DNA of 64,000 bases from the human T2T-CHM13v2.0 reference genome, Homo sapiens: assembly GCF_009914755.1 (NCBI RefSeq), contig NC_060925.1; one strand, given 5' to 3'. The notes beneath the pieces were generated by a model that made no database searches, had not been told where the DNA came from, and saw only the letters and a list, made by a program, of their open reading frames with translations. Positions 30,361-45,067 of this stretch are shown here, one piece after another; the first letter of the stretch is position 1; each line of letters starts with the position of its first letter. The position numbers and the translations under genes are program-made.

Positions 30361-30716
30361 TAGAATACATGGGAATATAGCAAACTACTTAGAAGCAGTT
30401 AAATGATAGGATAATTCCAAAATATAAACATTCATAATTGAAATCCTATGAAAAATGCATACTAAGTTTGATTGTTCCAAATAGATTGTTACTGAATAAA
30501 TAGAATCAGAATTATATGCAATGAAGTATTAAATAGACATTTTGAATATTTTAAATATTTTTAATTCTTATTTGTTCCCTTGTCTGAAAATGGAAGTGTT
30601 AATATCATTGGTTTAGGATTAATAAATACAGAATTGAATGTTTTTCCAGTGGTGAGTAATAGTAACCATAAACACTCTCAGTAACAATAAAACATTTCAA
30701 GTTGTTGTGAAATCTT

Positions 30717-31333
<617 letters not shown>

Positions 31334-31548
31334 TGAAATCTTGATTAGGAAAAATGTCTTATTTCTGTATGAAGTTTGAGGTTTCACTTCCATCAATTCA
31401 ATTGATCATTATTATAATCCAGTGGGAGAGGATATTTGAGTAGATTTAACAGATGAGAAAGCTGAGATAGGAAGAGAGCAGATATCTTATGTCCAAGAAA
31501 GGATAAAGCCAGTAAGCACAGTCAATGCTCAATCTAATTTGGACTTAC

Positions 31549-31771
31549 CTCATTTTGTTCTTGAGAAAATGTTTAGTTTCGTTTCACCTACAGATGTTCT
31601 GAAGCCTGGGTCTGTCCAAGGCGTTGTGGAAACTTCCAGTTTGAGCACACTCACTTGCTTCAGGGTTCCAGGAAAGTTTGGTGTCAAAAGTTTTCTACAA
31701 TCTGTTTTCAGCTTACCTGATAGAGAACATTTGGTTGTCTTCATAATTCTTGTCTCTCTCGGGCATCTCTT
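31549..31771 (-). other. Candidate first exon(s) of a minus-strand transcript; donors after 31717 (CAG|GTAAGC) and 31549 (GAG|GTAAGT)
   Basis: Two near-consensus 5' splice sites about 85 and 250 nt downstream of a TATA box. Confidence 0.4.
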
Positions 31772-31790
31772 GTCTATAACCCTTTTCTTC

Positions 31791-31800
31791 CTTTTTTATA
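31791..31800 (-). promoter_or_regulatory. Candidate TATA box (TATAAAAAAG)
   Basis: Matches TATAWAWR; CA dinucleotide at 31772-31771 lies 29 nt downstream; followed by a strong splice donor. Confidence 0.35.
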
Positions 31801-32543
31801 CTCACAGGAAAGCTGGATTTTTATGTAGTTTCCTACTTCATTTTCCTTATTTTATAAGAAGGGAAGAAAGTTGGAGAGAGGTAAGGTACAAGACTTTTTT
31901 AAAATATTCAATAGATCCTGTAATGTGATTTTCTCCCCCCAAAATATGAAAAAGTTTTCCCTGGCAACCAATCCTTTTAGTTCGTTTCTCTCTCCTTCCT
32001 GATGTTTGTACAATCTATGTTGGGAAGGATTTCTTTATTAAGCTCCATAAGTTTCCAACATGACTTCTGCCAGAGACCTGATTTTAAAAAACATATTGCC
32101 TTTTTTGTTCTTCTGCTTCCATATTAAAAATACATTTAATTAGAAAGCATTATAATTAAATACATATTTAAATGGAGATACATATTATGTTTCTTATGAT
32201 GTTTTTCTAATCTTTTGATAAGACTGTAACCATTAAAATTGGGAAATAATATTTTCTTATTGGTTAGTGTCCCACTTTTAGATCTTTTCACTGGATATGG
32301 AGAAAGTATGTGTTGCTTTTGAGACAATTGCTAAAGTGAATAGCAAAAGATCAAGAACTTGAAAGTACTGAGCCCAAAGAAGAAACAGTAAAAGGACATC
32401 TCTTCAAAGCCCTATGATTTGTAATAATTCTGAAACAGATCTTGCCAGTCATCTTATTTACTTTAAAAAACAAAGTGGATTATACTTAAATTATAACAAA
32501 AAATCAGAGAGATATAACACGACACCTTAAGAATAATTGTTTA

Positions 32544-32854
<311 letters not shown>

Positions 32855-33394
32855 TAAGAGTAATTGTTTAAATAGCAGAGCATGATTTTAAGAAACTCTT
32901 GGAATCTTTAAGAACAACAAAAAACAATCATTGGTCTTTGATTACTGGGAATCTGGGAGATGGGCTGGAGGTTTACTAGAAAAGCAGGTCTGCATTTTCC
33001 CCTCCCTGAATCTAGGAGTTTCTTTGCTTCTCAGAGTCCCCTGTTTGGGTCCACTCCCTCAGTAGGGTTGAAATCTTTTTAGCATCTGACTCTGAATTTG
33101 GGTCATTTCTTCTTTCCTCTTCCTTCTCTCAACCTCCATCTTCACAATGACAGACTGCATTCCGTAATTGCTGTCTTTTGTAATTGTTCTATCTCCAAAT
33201 TGGCTGATTAGGGTAGAGACACAGCTGTCCATCAAAATGGTGTAAAGTGGCTGAAACAGTCATCCCCTGGGCCGGAGAAAGTTAATTGCACTTTCTGAGG
33301 CTATCCCAGTAGGAGAGGAGCTGAGAAGGGCCCCGGGAATCCCTGTTAGTGCTATTTTTTTCCTGAGCATGTCCATTTCTAACGTGAAAAAAAA

Positions 33395-33930
33395 ATGTAG
33401 TAAACAGCATGTTAATTAGATTTGCAGATGAAATTAAATCAGGAAGTATTGGAAACACACCAGTGAATAAAGAGAAATGCTACACAGGGTTTCTGAGGTT
33501 AAAAATATAGAAAGGATCAAACGAAATGAGAATTAAGTCAGACAGGTATAACCTCAATGATTTAGAGAGGGGAAAAGCTGTAAAGGTAACCAGCGAGAGG
33601 GAAAAATCCAGAACACAGTAATGCCAGAGGGACCAGGGACTGGACAACAAATTAGACGAGTTTGCAATATGCCACAGAAGCTAATGTGATTTGGGGCTGT
33701 ATGTGTAGAGACATCACGTCATGAGGGAAAGGTGGAGTAATTTAGTGCATTTGGCAAAGACACACCTGGAATATTGTGTTCAGATCTGCGTATCCTGAAA
33801 GCAGACAGACGTAGAAGAACTAGAGGGAAATCAGCATAAAGCAACAAAAGTGATTAACACGATGGGCTGATTTATGAGAAAAATGGACAGTGTGATTGGG
33901 CCTAAAAGTAACAGGAATGGAGCATTGAAA
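33395..33930 (+). mobile_element. CR1/L3 LINE ORF2 3' remnant
   Basis: Ordered remnants MLIRFADE (33409; RT FADD motif), EANVIWGC, HLEYCVQI (33763) and ELEGNQHKATKVI match CR1 motifs KAN..LGCI, HLEYCVQFW and LERVQRRATKMI. Confidence 0.85.
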
Positions 33931-35879
33931 TGGAAGAGGGTTTTCCTGATCTTTTTTCTAGGAGACTCAAGAATTATTGAAGTGTAATTAGCGTGAAAGT
34001 ATATACTGTAGTTTACAAGGGAGAACTAAAATTTGCAAGGAGGGAAACTGGCTATGAGATTATTAAAGTGTCTTTTTAGGGGAGTGAAAGAAGGGCCATG
34101 GCTAAAAAACAAATGAGTTTACATTGTTCTCATACTTTTCATTCCAAAGCCGTTAGATTTACCCTGACCACGACCCTTCAACACTGAAGAATTAAGTGGA
34201 ACTGCTCATCTGTCAGGACCCCAGAAAGCTTCCTGGATGCTTGTTCCTCTGCAAAGTTCCTCTCAGAAGGAGCCATTTTAAAATTTGGTTTTAGTAACGC
34301 TCCCCAGACAAATGCTGGTGTCAGATGGCTTCGCTTTTCCTCCTTTTTAGTACTTGGATGTCTGCAAAGGCAGTGACCAAAAGCAACAACTGATCTGCCA
34401 ATATTAGCTCTATGTGTGGCTGAAGGCTGTCATTTAATCTGAGGATTGGCTTCTGATGGCAAAGGGAAGATAAATCTAATTTTTAAGGATCTCAAAATGA
34501 TAGCTGGAGGAGCAGCATTTTGCACTAGCTAATGAGGCTAATTTGTTCTTAAAATACAAGTTGCTGTGCCTCTTAAATTAAAATTCACTTCTGATGTAAA
34601 TACAGAAGATATAAATACAGAGAAGAGATATATGCTGTAATTTTTATTTTGCAATTTGGAGCCTGTTCTAAGAGGAGCTGTTAGGAAAGTGATTTTTTTT
34701 TCTCTAAATTTGAGGAGATCTTCACTTCCAGGCTTCAAATACGCAGAAGGACAATGATTAGCATTAATTTTATAAGAAAGAAAACAAAGTAAGATGTTTT
34801 CTTCCTGGCTAGAGATTACAAAATGCATTGTGCTAGAGATTATTTCCTAAATCATTGTGATTCTCCACTTTCTCATCTGGAAAATGAATTGTGGGGGAGT
34901 GAATTGCTTTCAAAGTAATTAAGTAGTCCATTGACAAATGCTTTATTAACATTTAGATATTTAATTAAATCTGCCGGGGAGAAAGTTCGTATTCCTAAGT
35001 CAAGGGGTTTCTCTTTTTCCTCTCTTCACTGTGGTGGGGACAGTGAAGATTCTTGTGTGGTCTTCCTTTTCATTTTGAATGTTACACAGAGCAGAGCAGG
35101 ATCTTAAGATAAATTAAAGCAAATAATGAAAGATCTTGAAAACTAAATGGCATTCATCTTCTAAGTACTATTTGATCAGCTATTTAAAATAAGAGTTTGC
35201 ACCACAATCTAGAAGAAATAGATACTCTCTTAATGGGGCAATGACATTTAATGCCTACATTAACAAATTATACAGAATGAAGCATTTAATATCTAGTTTA
35301 TCTAAGGGATTTATGCCACCCTCTTACTCTAGGTTTTGCTTCTTAACACTGGACTCTGATTTTTTAGCGCATAACAGAGAAATTAGCTACCCCAGTCTTA
35401 TCTCAATTTAAGTTCAGGTCATGGAACAAGGAACAAACTACGTTATTTATCTAAAAGAATTAATGAATTGTGTCTGGAATTTTGAATGGGTCTGTAACAG
35501 ATAAACTTTTCTCTTTCCGATACCCAGAATTCACATTAAAGCAATTAAAACTGTTACTCAAAGGAACTGAATTTGCTGTTCACTGACCAATCTTTGTCAT
35601 CTTTAACACACCAGATGAGAGCCACCACAGCTTTAAAAATAGGAGCACAGGGACTAAAGATGTATTTTTTCCCCTTTCCATCTAGATTGGCAAAGTTTCT
35701 TTAAAACTTGCTTCCTTCCTCTGCTTTTTCTTCTTTAATTTAGCATTGTTGAAAAATTCTGGTGTAGGCAATTATTGTTAAAGTTGGAGGAAGTGTCTGC
35801 CATATGAAAGGAAGGAAGGATCTTCGTGGGGAGCCCAGCCTGCGGTGTGAGTTGCTAATATGTTAGACATGTTTTCATC

Positions 35880-36720
<841 letters not shown>

Positions 36721-37236
36721 TGATTTTAAGAAAACATCTCATTGCACATTTCCAAACATGTCAACTTGTAAAAATGGAGGAGAAAAGAGACAGGACAAAT
36801 CATTGTCTTGGAATACATTCAGGCATGTTTCTTAACTACAGCCACATTAAGCTACAAGGATAGAATAAACATTGCCCACTTCAGCAAACTTGTCTGAATA
36901 TATACATGGATGCCAGACTATTACCAGCAGAAAGACAGCCAGTCAACAGGTAGGGTTCTTGTCAACGCAAAGGAAGTTGAAAGACTAACAAAAGGATACA
37001 GGCTGGAAGGTCCTTGAGACCAAGAACTTTCAGTGATTCTTTTGGAGGCTCTAAGACAATCGTAGGACACAGAACACATCCACGGCCTAGGATATGGGGG
37101 TAAGATGGAATGGAGCATTGTCAAGAGAGATGCCAGGGAAAGGCCAATGAGAAGGATGTGACGTAGGTTCTATTCTCAGTCAGAGGCATTATCAGCACAA
37201 GGCCTTGAAAACTGCCTTCTTGCCTTTCCCACATAA

Positions 37237-38117
<881 letters not shown>

Positions 38118-38339
38118 CCTAGGCCTGTATCAATGGCATATTGAACAGAAAACAAAAACTGAATCTCCCAAGCCCAGTAAGTCTAAGTGCTCGTAAGGAG
38201 TCCTGTCAACCATGTCATGGATCTAGAAGAAGCGGAGAAATCTCTCAAGGGTCACTGGCTCAAGGGCAAGGGGAAAATGTGCCTATAAGGCAGCAATGGC
38301 TAACAGGTCCTTTCCAAGGGTCAGCTAGCATCTTAGCGC

Positions 38340-38540
38340 TGCACGTAGCTTAACTCGAGCAATCCCACCACGACCTTGTGAAATATGTACTGTTATGATT
38401 CCCACCCTCACAGATGAGGAAACTGAGACACAGAAAGGGGGAGCAACTGGGCCAAGGTTCATCAGGTAGTAAGTGGCAGAGCTCACATTTGGACCTGGAC
38501 AGGCTGCTTCTAGAGCCTGTCGAGACAGAACTTTCATGTT
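38340..38540 (-). mobile_element. MIR
   Basis: acagatgaggaaactgagacacaga...gtaagtggcagagct. Confidence 0.85.
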
Positions 38541-38959
38541 CTTGACTCTGAAAGCTTAGTTTTAAAAGGAATGCTGTTTTAATTTTTTTGTAGCCCTCTT
38601 GGGTATATCCTGTTATCTCTGGAAGCAGGAAAACCAGAGTCTAATATTAGGGAATAATTTAAGGCTAATCATGCCTTAAAATGCCTGAGAACATGATAGA
38701 AAGAGTATGTAGGGACCCAGCTATACCTCAGCTGCCTCCCCGGGGGTTTGGTGGAAAGGAGGCTTGCTTCTTTCTGTGAACACTGCAGCATTATGTGTAG
38801 GGCAGCGTGGAATGCATTTGTGACATCCTGAACAGGTCCACTGGGCTTTTTATTTTGCTGTACTGCAAGTGATGCTTCATTTCAGCCCCTGTCTCACAGG
38901 TCCTGCATTCACCAGGAGAGGCAGCAGAGCAGGGAAGAAAGGGTGGAGATGTGGAAGGA

Positions 38960-39160
38960 GGCAGTCCTGGATTGAAATCCTGGCTCGGCCACTGATTAGC
39001 TGCATGAACATTGGCAAATTGTTTCACCTCTCCATACCTCCATTTTCTAATCTACCAGATAATGTTAGCAAGATTCACCTTCTAGAGCTAGCGTGGGCAT
39101 GATGAATGAAATAAGACTGGTGGAAATGTGTAGCCCATGGAAGGCATTCAACAAATGCCA
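38960..39160 (+). mobile_element. MIR
   Basis: ttgaaatcctggctcggccactgattagctg..ttggcaaattgtttcacctctc. Confidence 0.8.
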
Positions 39161-40545
39161 GCTCTCTCTCCCCCCTACCAGGCCAAATCCTCACTTGTGT
39201 TTGCGATTATGTTTAAGATCAAGTTTAGGAACTTGCATGGTGTCTGACTGTTTTTCAGCAGAGGCTAAGGAACATGCCAGATTAGTTTACTAATTTGCAG
39301 TTGCATGATAGAAATGGAGGGCATGGAGCACAATTTGAATTCTAAGTCCCTGCCATGCACACCAGTTTCATTACTGAAGGTACAGACCCAGGTTTAGTGA
39401 TATAGACATGCAATGAGGGGTGATGGGGAACAATGCTTACCCTGATGGCAACAAGAGAGTTAAGGCAATTAAACTAGATTTTACCCCTCCAGAGTCCAAC
39501 ACTTGTTTCTCCAAGTACAGTGAGTTTCAGAGATAGCACATAATGTACCAATAATGAAAATAACTCTGTGAACAGCACGGAAGTAAGTTGGGGCTACTTC
39601 CACCCACACAGAGATGAATTTTGTGTGCAGAAGCCCAGTGGAATACAAATGAACTGCTGTATATGAGAAATAAGGAACAAAAAGCTGAGACTCTGGGATA
39701 TACCTCAAGAAGAAACCTGCAGACTTTTTCTTACCATCCTCTCCCCAGAGTAAAAGCATGGAAATAAGGATTTCCTCCTTGCAGGGGTATGGCTGGTTAT
39801 CATAAATGCCATGCACAGCAAGTGAAAACTTGTGTGTGGAGATTCCTAATATCGAGAGCCTCTGATTCTCATCGCAAACTCTCTAGATGCTCTTCTGAGT
39901 GCCCTTATTCAGGGCACAAGTCACTGGCAGCAGGTGTCTGTTCATTTTGATAAATGTCAGCTTCTTAACACTCGCTTTGGAGAGGGAAGGAGGACAGACA
40001 CTGACCCTGCCCTGGCGGAACTGAGGGCATGCTGGAAGGCAAGCAGCTTCTACGCATCAGAGCCACGTGGGCTAGAGTTGGCCCCAGCCTCCTCACCCCT
40101 TGTCAGTGTAGGGACAACTCAGCACTGGCAGACATGCTCCAGATGTCCTGCCATCATCTGGCTGATGTAGACTCTGGGGAGCCCCCAGCCTCCTGTGATA
40201 TACAGAGACAGGAAGCCTCAGGCTTCCAAGTGGTACCCTAGGGGTTTCTGAAGTGCACTAATGCACTAATTGAGTATCACTGTTTTGCCGTCTTTCCTGC
40301 GGCTCCCATCCCTGCCCACTCCTCTTCTCCTAGTTGTTTGCTGTCTGAAGGCTCACTTAATCAAATATCCCACTCAGTCAATTGAATGAATGTTGAACCA
40401 CACAACGTGCCAAGGCGCTGTCCAAGGTATCAGAGTTCATTACTGCAAATTGCTGTTTACTACCAGAGGGTATGCTCTGTTTTTGCTTCTGTGAAATCTC
40501 CTCCTTACAAATGTGAAGCATAATGAAGAATAAAGAATAAAGTGG

Positions 40546-40852
40546 GGCCAGGTGCAGTGGCTCATGCTTGTACTTCCAGCACTTTTGGAAGCCGAGGCTG
40601 GTGGATGGCTTGAGCCCAGGAGTTCCAGACCAGCCTGGGCAACATAGCAAGATCCCATTGCTACAAAAGAAAAAAACACTAAAAAATTAGCTGGGTGTGG
40701 TAGGATGCGCCTGTAATCTCAGCTACAGAGGAGGCTGAGGCAGGAGGATAGCTTGAACCCAGGAACTTTAGGCTGCAGTGAGCCACGATCATGCCACTGT
40801 ACTCTGGCCTGGGTGACAGGGCAAAACTCTACCTCAAAAAAGAAAAAAAAAA
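40546..40852 (+). mobile_element. AluJ
   Basis: Full dimer; flanking aaagtgg repeats. Confidence 0.95.
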
Positions 40853-42069
40853 GTGGTTAATTGGTATTAATTGAGAATTTTGAGATAAAATGCAGTAAGA
40901 TGAGATTTTATGATTTTCCATGAAGCTGCCTTCCCCCTATCTATTGAAACCTTTAAGAGAAGCATCAAATTGAGGTGTGTTTTATGAAAATTCTCTTTAA
41001 TCAATAATTATGAATGTATGCTCTGCTGTGCTACAGTACTGTTAGAAGTCTTGAGAGAGACTTAAAAGGTTGAGATATGGTTTAAGCTTTCAGGAAGTTT
41101 CTCTCAATGAGTTAGAAAGATTTAATGTATACATGTGAAACAATCCAGGCAATATTCAGTTAAGTGGTACATTTTTTAAGGGAAAAAATTATATAAGTGC
41201 TTTATTTTTAAACTCTTTAGACTTAAACCTGGCCTTGGTTAAAATAAAACCATACTTTTTTTCTAATTTTTTTTGGTTGGAGTAAATATGCATATAAAAT
41301 TTACCATAAACTTTACCATTTTTAAGAGTGCATTTCTGTGATGTAAGTGGTAAATTTTGTTGTGCAGATTAGCACAGATGGAGAAATTGGAAAAGGTGGA
41401 AGATCAGAGAAGTCTAATGCTCTCCTAGGAGCTATGACTTGAGCTTTTATTCAGAGAGGGCGGTTAGGAATAAATGGATAGCGGGGCAAATGGAGGTATG
41501 TTTACGACACACCAAGATTTACCTGAATGTCCACATCTAGGATTGAAATATATGTAAAATATTTGCTTATATCTTTTGTGGCTGCTTGAATGGGAAATAA
41601 TAAGCTATGAAACAAGAATTCTGATAGATGTGGAAATTTAGAAAAAAAATGTCTTATTTTAAACAAATTAAGAACTTGAGGGTCATTTTGCAATCTGGTT
41701 ACAGCTTTTGTTTTAATATATGGTATTAAAAAAAATCCCCAGTGGCTGTCTCAAGGAATAGCTCATTAAATATTGCTGTTCAACAAAACTGGTTTCAATC
41801 TTTTTATTTTTCTATATAATAAATGGTCCACTTCTATAAAGGTGACAGTTGCTGTATCATCTATTTGCAATGGGAATGGCTACTGGAAACTTTAGATTTT
41901 TTTCACAATGAAGTTATCTTTCTAGCAGCAATGATGGCCTGCTGAAGGCTATGCTATGACACATCAAAAGGTTTACAGATTTCATCCTCAGGGAAATGCA
42001 AAGCAAAACAAAACAGAACGAAAATAAGAATGAATTCCACGGTCACACTGGGAAATTCTGATCAGAGTT

Positions 42070-42270
42070 TATTATGAAGAGAACTAGGGTGAAGCACAAA
42101 GAACAGGGAATCGGAAGACCTGGACTGTGGTCCAGATTCCGGCGCTAAATCACCTTGGCAAAGTAACTCAAGCGGGCCTCAGTCTCCTTGTGTAAACCAG
42201 CCACGTGGGCAACACACCTTCCTTGCCACTACATGTTGGGCGAACTTACATAAAACGGAGATAATGCCTG
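42070..42270 (+). mobile_element. MIR-like fragment
   Basis: ggaagacctgg..caccttggcaaagt..gggcctcagtctcc. Confidence 0.6.
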
Positions 42271-42689
42271 CCTTTCCTAATTTGGAAAGCGTCCAAATTA
42301 GGAGTGTCAAATGGGGAGTGTCAAAATGGATCATGGTGTAATAACAAGATGGAAAATGTCATTATTAATACAGAAGCCATCCCAGAATAAATGACATACG
42401 GAAACCAACAAACAGCATGTTAGGAGTTTTCTGCAGGCACATTTGGACCACAGAGGTAAAGACAGGACTCCTACTAATTCTGGGCATAATTTAAAAACTG
42501 CCACCCATGTGACTTTGGGCTTTTTTTTTTATTTTCTAGATAAGCTTGTTTACATATATGTTCAACCATGACTCCCTCATTATCTTTCTCCATGCAAGGG
42601 CCCTCAGGTGGCATTTGCATTGAGTGGAGTGATTTTTGTTTTCTAAGAGGGAAATTTTACAAACTGTGCTTCACTTTTCTTTCAGCTTG

Positions 42690-42810
42690 AGCTGTTTTCT
42701 CCTGGGAAAACAGCTTTTTGCTTGGCAAAAATGGATGTGAGGCATTGGCGAAAACGAAAGGCCGTTTTCATTGCAAAGAAAACTGCCTTTTGCTTTTGCC
42801 AAAAAAAGCA
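42690..42810. repeat. Duplicated palindromic (hairpin) element
   Basis: Inverted repeat 42690-42699/42706-42715 (10/10) and inverted repeat 42746-42769/42778-42801 (20/24) share the GTTTTC..GAAAAC core. Confidence 0.8.
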
Positions 42811-43950
42811 AAACATATGAGACAAAACCACAAATATTTCCCTGTTTGCAAACCCTGTGAAAACGTGATTTTTCACCAGTGGTGAGAATATTTTCTCACA
42901 TTACTCTTTCCATTTCTAGAAATTATGGTTTCAATGGTGAAAGTCGTAAGTTACACCTGCAACACCTCATGACTAGAATCAAATATCATGAATATTGTTG
43001 TTAAACATGTTGAACTTATTTTCCATCAAAGGTAACATTGAAGGAGATGGAGCCTTTGCTTTAAGATTAGGGTCTCGACAAAGTAGAATGAGAAAAGTGT
43101 TGAACCACCGGGGACCACTGACACTGAGCAACGAGGCTCAGAAAGGTGTTTGGGGTTCAACTGGGATTTAGTATAGAGGGTGTAGCTGAAGGAATAGACT
43201 AAGTCCAGCAGTGAAAGAGCATAAAAGGGTGGTAATAACACAGTACAGCAGAGAGAACATTGAAATAAATTTTTATACGAGGTGTGGTCTCCCACCCCAA
43301 GTGCATAGTCAACTGGCTGTGCAACCTTTGCCAAATCAGCTCCACCTCCTGGGGTCTCAGGTGCCACCTGTGAAAGTGCTAGGATTCAATGAAATGACCA
43401 TTCGGATTCCTTTCCAATCTAAAGATGTCCAATAAGGAGATGGGAAGTGCATTTGCAAAATATAGAAATTGTGAATATCAAGGGATCTCCACTAATCGAC
43501 TCCCTTGATTCTGAAATAGCCCGTTAAAGTCAGAAGCTACTTTGGTGTCTAATGATTTATATGAAGGTATTCACATAACAAATTTAATTTCGTTGTGTTT
43601 GTGACTGCTCTTAATACCAATATGCTCTTCCTCATGCCTATGCTAAGCCCTTCTTACTAGAATTAAGCTAATTTCTTCTAATCTTCCCCAGGGAAGTAGT
43701 GAGCGTCCATTCACCATTTTTATATTATTAAGATATTTAAAATATTAATATAGATGTGAGTCACTGCAAGAAATAAATTTGCTCAGGGAAGTGGCGTGTA
43801 AGTAAAATTGTGATACGTGGAATGATATCTTGAAAAAGATTTACTTTTTAAAGCAATTCTATAATGACTTTTTTATCAAGTAAGAAATCACTTTATCAAA
43901 ATAAAGAGATTCCCCAGATGAATTTATTTTATAAAAATTTATTTTTACAG

Positions 43951-44060
43951 ATATTGTCAAGAACCCTCTGCTCTACAGTTCTTTGCTGTTCTTGACCCAC
44001 CTCCTTCAAACTCGGATTTTCCGTTTCTCTCTTCTCCTAAGAGCTGCCTGCTGCCTTCTG
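43951..44060 (+). other. Candidate 110-nt exon
   Basis: tttatttttacAG acceptor; CTG|GTAAGT donor. Confidence 0.28.
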
Positions 44061-44240
44061 GTAAGTGACAACCATGAGGCAGACACTGGACTAGGCACAT
44101 TCATTCTTACTCTATTTATCAGTTGTTTATTGACTGCTGACAACATGCTAGACACAGTCAGGCACTTGAAATATGTTTTCTCATTTATCCCTATAGCCAG
44201 TCCTAGGAAGGAATCATTATTATCCTTGTGTAATCAACAC

Positions 44241-44520
44241 TTTTTTTTTTTGAGACAGGGTCTTGTTCAGTTGCCCAGGCAATGCTGCCATCATGGCTCA
44301 CTGCAGCCTCCACCTACTGGGCTCAAGCAATCCTTCTGCCTTAGCCTCCCCAGTAACTCGGACTGTAAGCATGCACTACCACGCCTGGCTAATTTTTAAA
44401 TTTTTTTGTAGAGATGGGGTCTCACTATGTTGCCCAAGCTGATCTCAAACTCCTGGCCTCAAGTGATTCTCCCGCTTTGGCCTCCCAAAGTGCTGGCATT
44501 ACAGGCCACCATGCCCAGCC
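44241..44520 (-). mobile_element. AluJ (preceded by MIR at about 44110-44235)
   Basis: Dimer with small deletions. Confidence 0.93.
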
Positions 44521-45067
44521 TCCAAGGCGGTCTTCTACACAGCTTGAGCTGCTGATACAGTCTGCTACTTATTGGGTACTATGCTCACTATCTGAAAAAA
44601 AGGGAAAAAAAATCTTCTACTCTGTCCCCAGGGGCTGTGCTTGAACTGAGTCCCCTCCCCACATCAAGCCGATCTGTTTGTCTGCAAGGCTCTAACCCTC
44701 TTGGTAGGGTGTTGACAGGAATGTCTGGGATGGGGTGGTGCTTGGGAGAATCTGGACGTAACTTTCTGCTGCAAAGGGACAATGCATGTTGTGAAGAGGC
44801 TGTGCTGGGAATCATTTAAAGTGCAAAGCAGGTGAAGCCCGTACCTCCTGTAGCAGTCGCTCATCCCAAGCAGCTTCTGCTGTACAGTGCGGGTAAGTGT
44901 TCAGGAGTGAACTGCCCCGCTTTGTTACATTTCATGGAAGGACTGTGGCCTCCATGCCAGAGCTCTTCGAACAAAAACACTTTCAATCCCCTTATTCTCA
45001 TTTTGTGGGGATTCCCAGCTGAACGGGCCTGGCTTTTTGGGAGAAGTTTCCAGCCCGTAGCTGCATT

